Shown piece after piece: positions 49,266-51,849 of a stretch of DNA of 51,849 nt. Position 1 is the first letter of the stretch. Each line of letters opens with the position of its first letter. The position numbers and the translations under genes were made by a program. The notes under the pieces are model-generated. The model was not told the origin of the DNA and did not search any database. It saw nothing but the letters and a program-made list of their open reading frames with translations. Where the stretch lies: positions 1-51,849 of the forward strand of contig JBBAWJ010000001.1 of the NCBI GenBank assembly GCA_040397255.1, read 5' to 3'. The DNA is from Candidatus Limnocylindrus sp. (GTDB lineage: Bacteria > Chloroflexota > Limnocylindria > Limnocylindrales > Limnocylindraceae).

Positions 49266-49271
49266 ACCATA
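49266..49271 (-). promoter_or_regulatory. candidate -10 box TATGGT, 7 nt upstream of the LCP gene ATG (leaderless geometry)
   Basis: Minus-strand reading is ggcggTATGGTtcccgttATG. It matches TANNNT. Confidence 0.25.
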
Positions 49272-49338
49272 CCGCCTTGCGGAGAAGGGGAGTGCCCCCC
49301 GTTTGCCATGTCGGGGGTGGCGTGGCACGCTCCTGTCA

Positions 49339-51849
49339 ATGTTCAACCCTGTTGATTCGAAGCCTGACCTGATCAGCCTGGAGCACCAGATGCTGGCGCG
49401 TTGGCGTGCCGAGGGAACGTTTGAGCGCCTCCGCGCGCAGACTGCCGGCGGTGAGCCTTGGTCTTTCCTCGATGGCCCAATCACCGCCAACAATCCGATG
49501 GGCGTCCACCACGCCTGGGGTCGCACCTATAAGGATCTCTTCCAGCGCTTCCGCGCGTCGCTCGGACACGAGCTACGTTGGCAGCAAGGGTTTGACTGCC
49601 AAGGCCTCTGGGTCGAAGTAAACGTTGAGAAAGAGCTCGGGCTCACCTCCAAGCGACAGATCGAGGAGCGCGGCCTGGCGGAGTTCATTCAACTCTGTAA
49701 GCAGCGTGTGCTCACCTACGCCGCACGACAGACCGAGCAGTCGATTCGACTCGGCATGTGGATGGATTGGAACGATCCGGCCGATCTCCTGCGCCTGCGT
49801 GACGCACTGAGTGACGCACCTGAGCGTGAGTTGGCAATTGCTGGCGTTGCTGGAGAGGTTCGTGGCACCCCTGAAGGGCTCATCGGACAACTCGGCTCAC
49901 CTGAGGTTGGTGGCTCGTACTTTACCTTCTCGGATGAGAACAACGATCTGATCTGGAGCTTCCTCGCCGAATGCAATCGCCGCGGCTGGCTCTACAAGGG
50001 GAGTGACAGCATGCCGTGGTGCACACGTTGCGGCACCGGTATCAGTCAGCACGAGATGACGGAGGGGTACGCCGATCGCGATGACCCATCCGCCTACTTC
50101 GGCCTCCCACTCGTCGATCGCCCTGGCGAAGAACTCCTCGCCTGGACAACAACGCCGTGGACCATTCCGGCCAACGTCGCCGCTGCGGTGAGCCCAACCC
50201 TCTCGTATGAACTTGTGGAATTTGACGGGCGCAAGATGTGGATCGGTGCAACGCGCCGGGTCGCCGCACTCGGCGGTGGCGCGCCTCGCGCGAAGGTACT
50301 TGACACCAAGCAAGGGAGCGAGTTGGTGGGGTGGCGCTACCGCGCCACGTTCGATGCCGCACCAGCCGTAGCCGCAGCCCTCGGCCGAGATGGTGCCGCA
50401 CACCGTGTGATCTCGTGGAGCGACGTTGGCGCCGAAGAGGGGACGAGCATCGTGCACATCGCCCCTGCCTGCGGCAGCGAGGACCACGCGCTCTGCATCA
50501 CCGAAGGCCTGCCGATGATTGCGCCAATTGACGAGGGCGGTACCTACCTAGAAGGCTTCAACGAGCTCAGCGGTAAGGACTGGCTCGTTGTTGCCGATTT
50601 GATCTTTGTCGCGCTGGAGCAGAGCGGGAGTCTCTTGCGCCGAGAGAAGATCACGCACCGCTATCCGCACTGTTGGCGCTGCGCAACGCCGCTCGCCTTC
50701 CGACTCGTCGATGAGTGGTTTATCAGCATGGGCGCCACCTACGAGAAGCCACGCGAGCAGCTGAGCGCCGCAGAGAAGGCGGGGAGCCTGCGATACCAGA
50801 TCATGGATGTTGTCGACAATATCTCGTGGCTCCCCTCATTCGGCCACGATCGCGAGCTTGACTGGCTCCGCAACATGAGCGATTGGATGATTTCAAAGAA
50901 GCGCTATTGGGGACTCGCGCTGCCAATTTACGAGTGCGAAGGATGCGGCGCTGTAGAGGTGCTTGGGTCGCGAGCCGAGCTCGAGGGGCGCGCCGTTGCT
51001 GGGCTCGATGCCCTGGCGGGGCATAGCCCCCACCGGCCATACATTGATCAGGTTCGTATCGCCTGTTCAAAGTGCGGCGGCGAGGTGCAGCGCGTCCCCG
51101 ACGTTGGCAATCCGTGGCTCGATGCGGGGATCGTCTCGCTCTCAACGATGCGCTATCGCAGCGATCCCGAGTACTGGAAGCGCTGGTTCCCCGCTGATCT
51201 GATTACGGAGAGCTTCCCCGGTCAGTTCCGCAACTGGTTCTACTCGTTGCTCGCCATGTCGACGGTCATCGTCGGGAGCGAGCCAACGAAGACCGTGTTT
51301 GGCTACGGACTCGTCTTTGCGGAAGATGGTCGCCAGATGCACAAGAGCTGGGGCAACTCCATTGAATTTGATGAGGCGGCGGATCGCATGGGTGCTGATG
51401 TGATGCGTTGGCTCTTCGCCGGCTCGCGCCCCGAAGAGAACGTGCATTTCGGCTGGAACGGCGCGGATGAGGCACGCCGCAAGCTCCTCGTGCTCTGGAA
51501 CGTCTACGCCTTCCACATTGGTTACGCGAACAGCGCTGGCTGGCGCCCAGGGGGCGTGGCGGGCCCAGTAGCCGATCGGGGCGCCATGGACCGCTGGATC
51601 CTGAGCCGCACCGCCGACCTCGTCTCCACCGTGGAGGGGGCACTCCGGGAGTACAACGCCCAGTCGGCCGTCGCACGTCTTGAAGCGGCGATCGACGAGC
51701 TCTCTACCTGGTACCTCCGTCGCTCACGCGATCGCTTTGACCTCTCGACCGCTGAAGCGGATCGAAACGATGCCTTCGCCACCCTCCATGAGGCGCTGCT
51801 GACGCTGCTGCAGGTGGCGGCACCGATTGCACCGATGCTCACCGACGCC
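49339..51849 (+). CDS. ileS: isoleucyl-tRNA synthetase (class I aaRS; 3' end cut by window edge)
   Basis: My own translation gives an open frame from ATG 49339 to the window end (837 codons, no stop). That is why it is absent from the ORF track. Motifs: FLDGPITANNPMGVHHAWGRTYKD (HIGH-region variant), WTTTPWTIPANVA, YPHCWRCATPLAF, DWMISKKRYWGLALPIY and QMHKSWGNSIEF (KMSKS variant). The HCWRC and WTTTPWT motifs favour Ile over Val or Leu. Confidence 0.8.
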   Translation, partial: MFNPVDSKPDLISLEHQMLARWRAEGTFERLRAQTAGGEPWSFLDGPITANNPMGVHHAWGRTYKDLFQRFRASLGHELRWQQGFDCQGLWVEVNVEKELGLTSKRQIEERGLAEFIQLCKQRVLTYAARQTEQSIRLGMWMDWNDPADLLRLRDALSDAPERELAIAGVAGEVRGTPEGLIGQLGSPEVGGSYFTFSDENNDLIWSFLAECNRRGWLYKGSDSMPWCTRCGTGISQHEMTEGYADRDDPSAYFGLPLVDRPGEELLAWTTTPWTIPANVAAAVSPTLSYELVEFDGRKMWIGATRRVAALGGGAPRAKVLDTKQGSELVGWRYRATFDAAPAVAAALGRDGAAHRVISWSDVGAEEGTSIVHIAPACGSEDHALCITEGLPMIAPIDEGGTYLEGFNELSGKDWLVVADLIFVALEQSGSLLRREKITHRYPHCWRCATPLAFRLVDEWFISMGATYEKPREQLSAAEKAGSLRYQIMDVVDNISWLPSFGHDRELDWLRNMSDWMISKKRYWGLALPIYECEGCGAVEVLGSRAELEGRAVAGLDALAGHSPHRPYIDQVRIACSKCGGEVQRVPDVGNPWLDAGIVSLSTMRYRSDPEYWKRWFPADLITESFPGQFRNWFYSLLAMSTVIVGSEPTKTVFGYGLVFAEDGRQMHKSWGNSIEFDEAADRMGADVMRWLFAGSRPEENVHFGWNGADEARRKLLVLWNVYAFHIGYANSAGWRPGGVAGPVADRGAMDRWILSRTADLVSTVEGALREYNAQSAVARLEAAIDELSTWYLRRSRDRFDLSTAEADRNDAFATLHEALLTLLQVAAPIAPMLTDA

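Noticed and set aside
49259-49338. Possible T-box or other leader upstream of ileS.
   Set aside because: Only about 80 nt are available, shared with the divergent LCP gene. T-box leaders need about 200 nt or more, and I could find no specifier or terminator-antiterminator arrangement.

Overview
GC-rich (roughly two-thirds G+C by eye), very compact window that is almost entirely core housekeeping DNA. About 45 of 50 genes are on the + strand, and many junctions have overlapping stop/start codons. Gene order resembles Actinomycetota-type synteny (ligA-gatCAB; polA..coaE-uvrB..uvrA; uvrC..rapZ-yvcK-whiA..tpiA..secG; rpsF-ssb-rpsR), so I infer a high-GC monoderm-type lineage, but I cannot name the organism. 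Content in order: pcrA (5' truncated), ligA, gatC-gatA-[aminotransferase]-gatB, a small membrane ORF, a CoA-binding protein (-), dnaE, a UbiA-type prenyltransferase, two tRNA-Leu plus a small ORF (-), an ECF sigma with a putative anti-sigma, polA-mutM-ABC-F-coaE-uvrB-uvrA-orf115-uvrC, secD-secF-recJ-TolB-like-pyrF, tatA-tatC-rapZ-yvcK-whiA-tpiA-gpmI, secG, an orphan family-5 solute-binding protein, a 7-gene tRNA array (Leu, Leu, Val, Phe, Gly, Gln, Cys), rpsF-ssb-rpsR, ilvE, an LCP-family protein (-), and the 5' part of ileS. The ileS frame runs off the window, which is why it is missing from the ORF track. I found no CRISPR array, transposase, integrase, prophage, toxin-antitoxin or recognisable defence module. 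I do not see a clear novel system. The most unusual features are (1) a ~14 kb translationally coupled block that unites Pol I, Fpg, a Uup-like ABC-F protein and all three UvrABC subunits, (2) an uncharacterised 115-aa gene wedged between uvrA and uvrC, and (3) a recurring TANNNT box 6-8 nt upstream of the start codon at operon-leading genes, which suggests leaderless transcripts. Other findings are modest: an aminotransferase inside gatCAB, a membrane-anchored YvcK, basic tails on repair enzymes, and a tRNA-linked small ORF. All promoter calls are by-eye motif matches and need experimental or statistical support.
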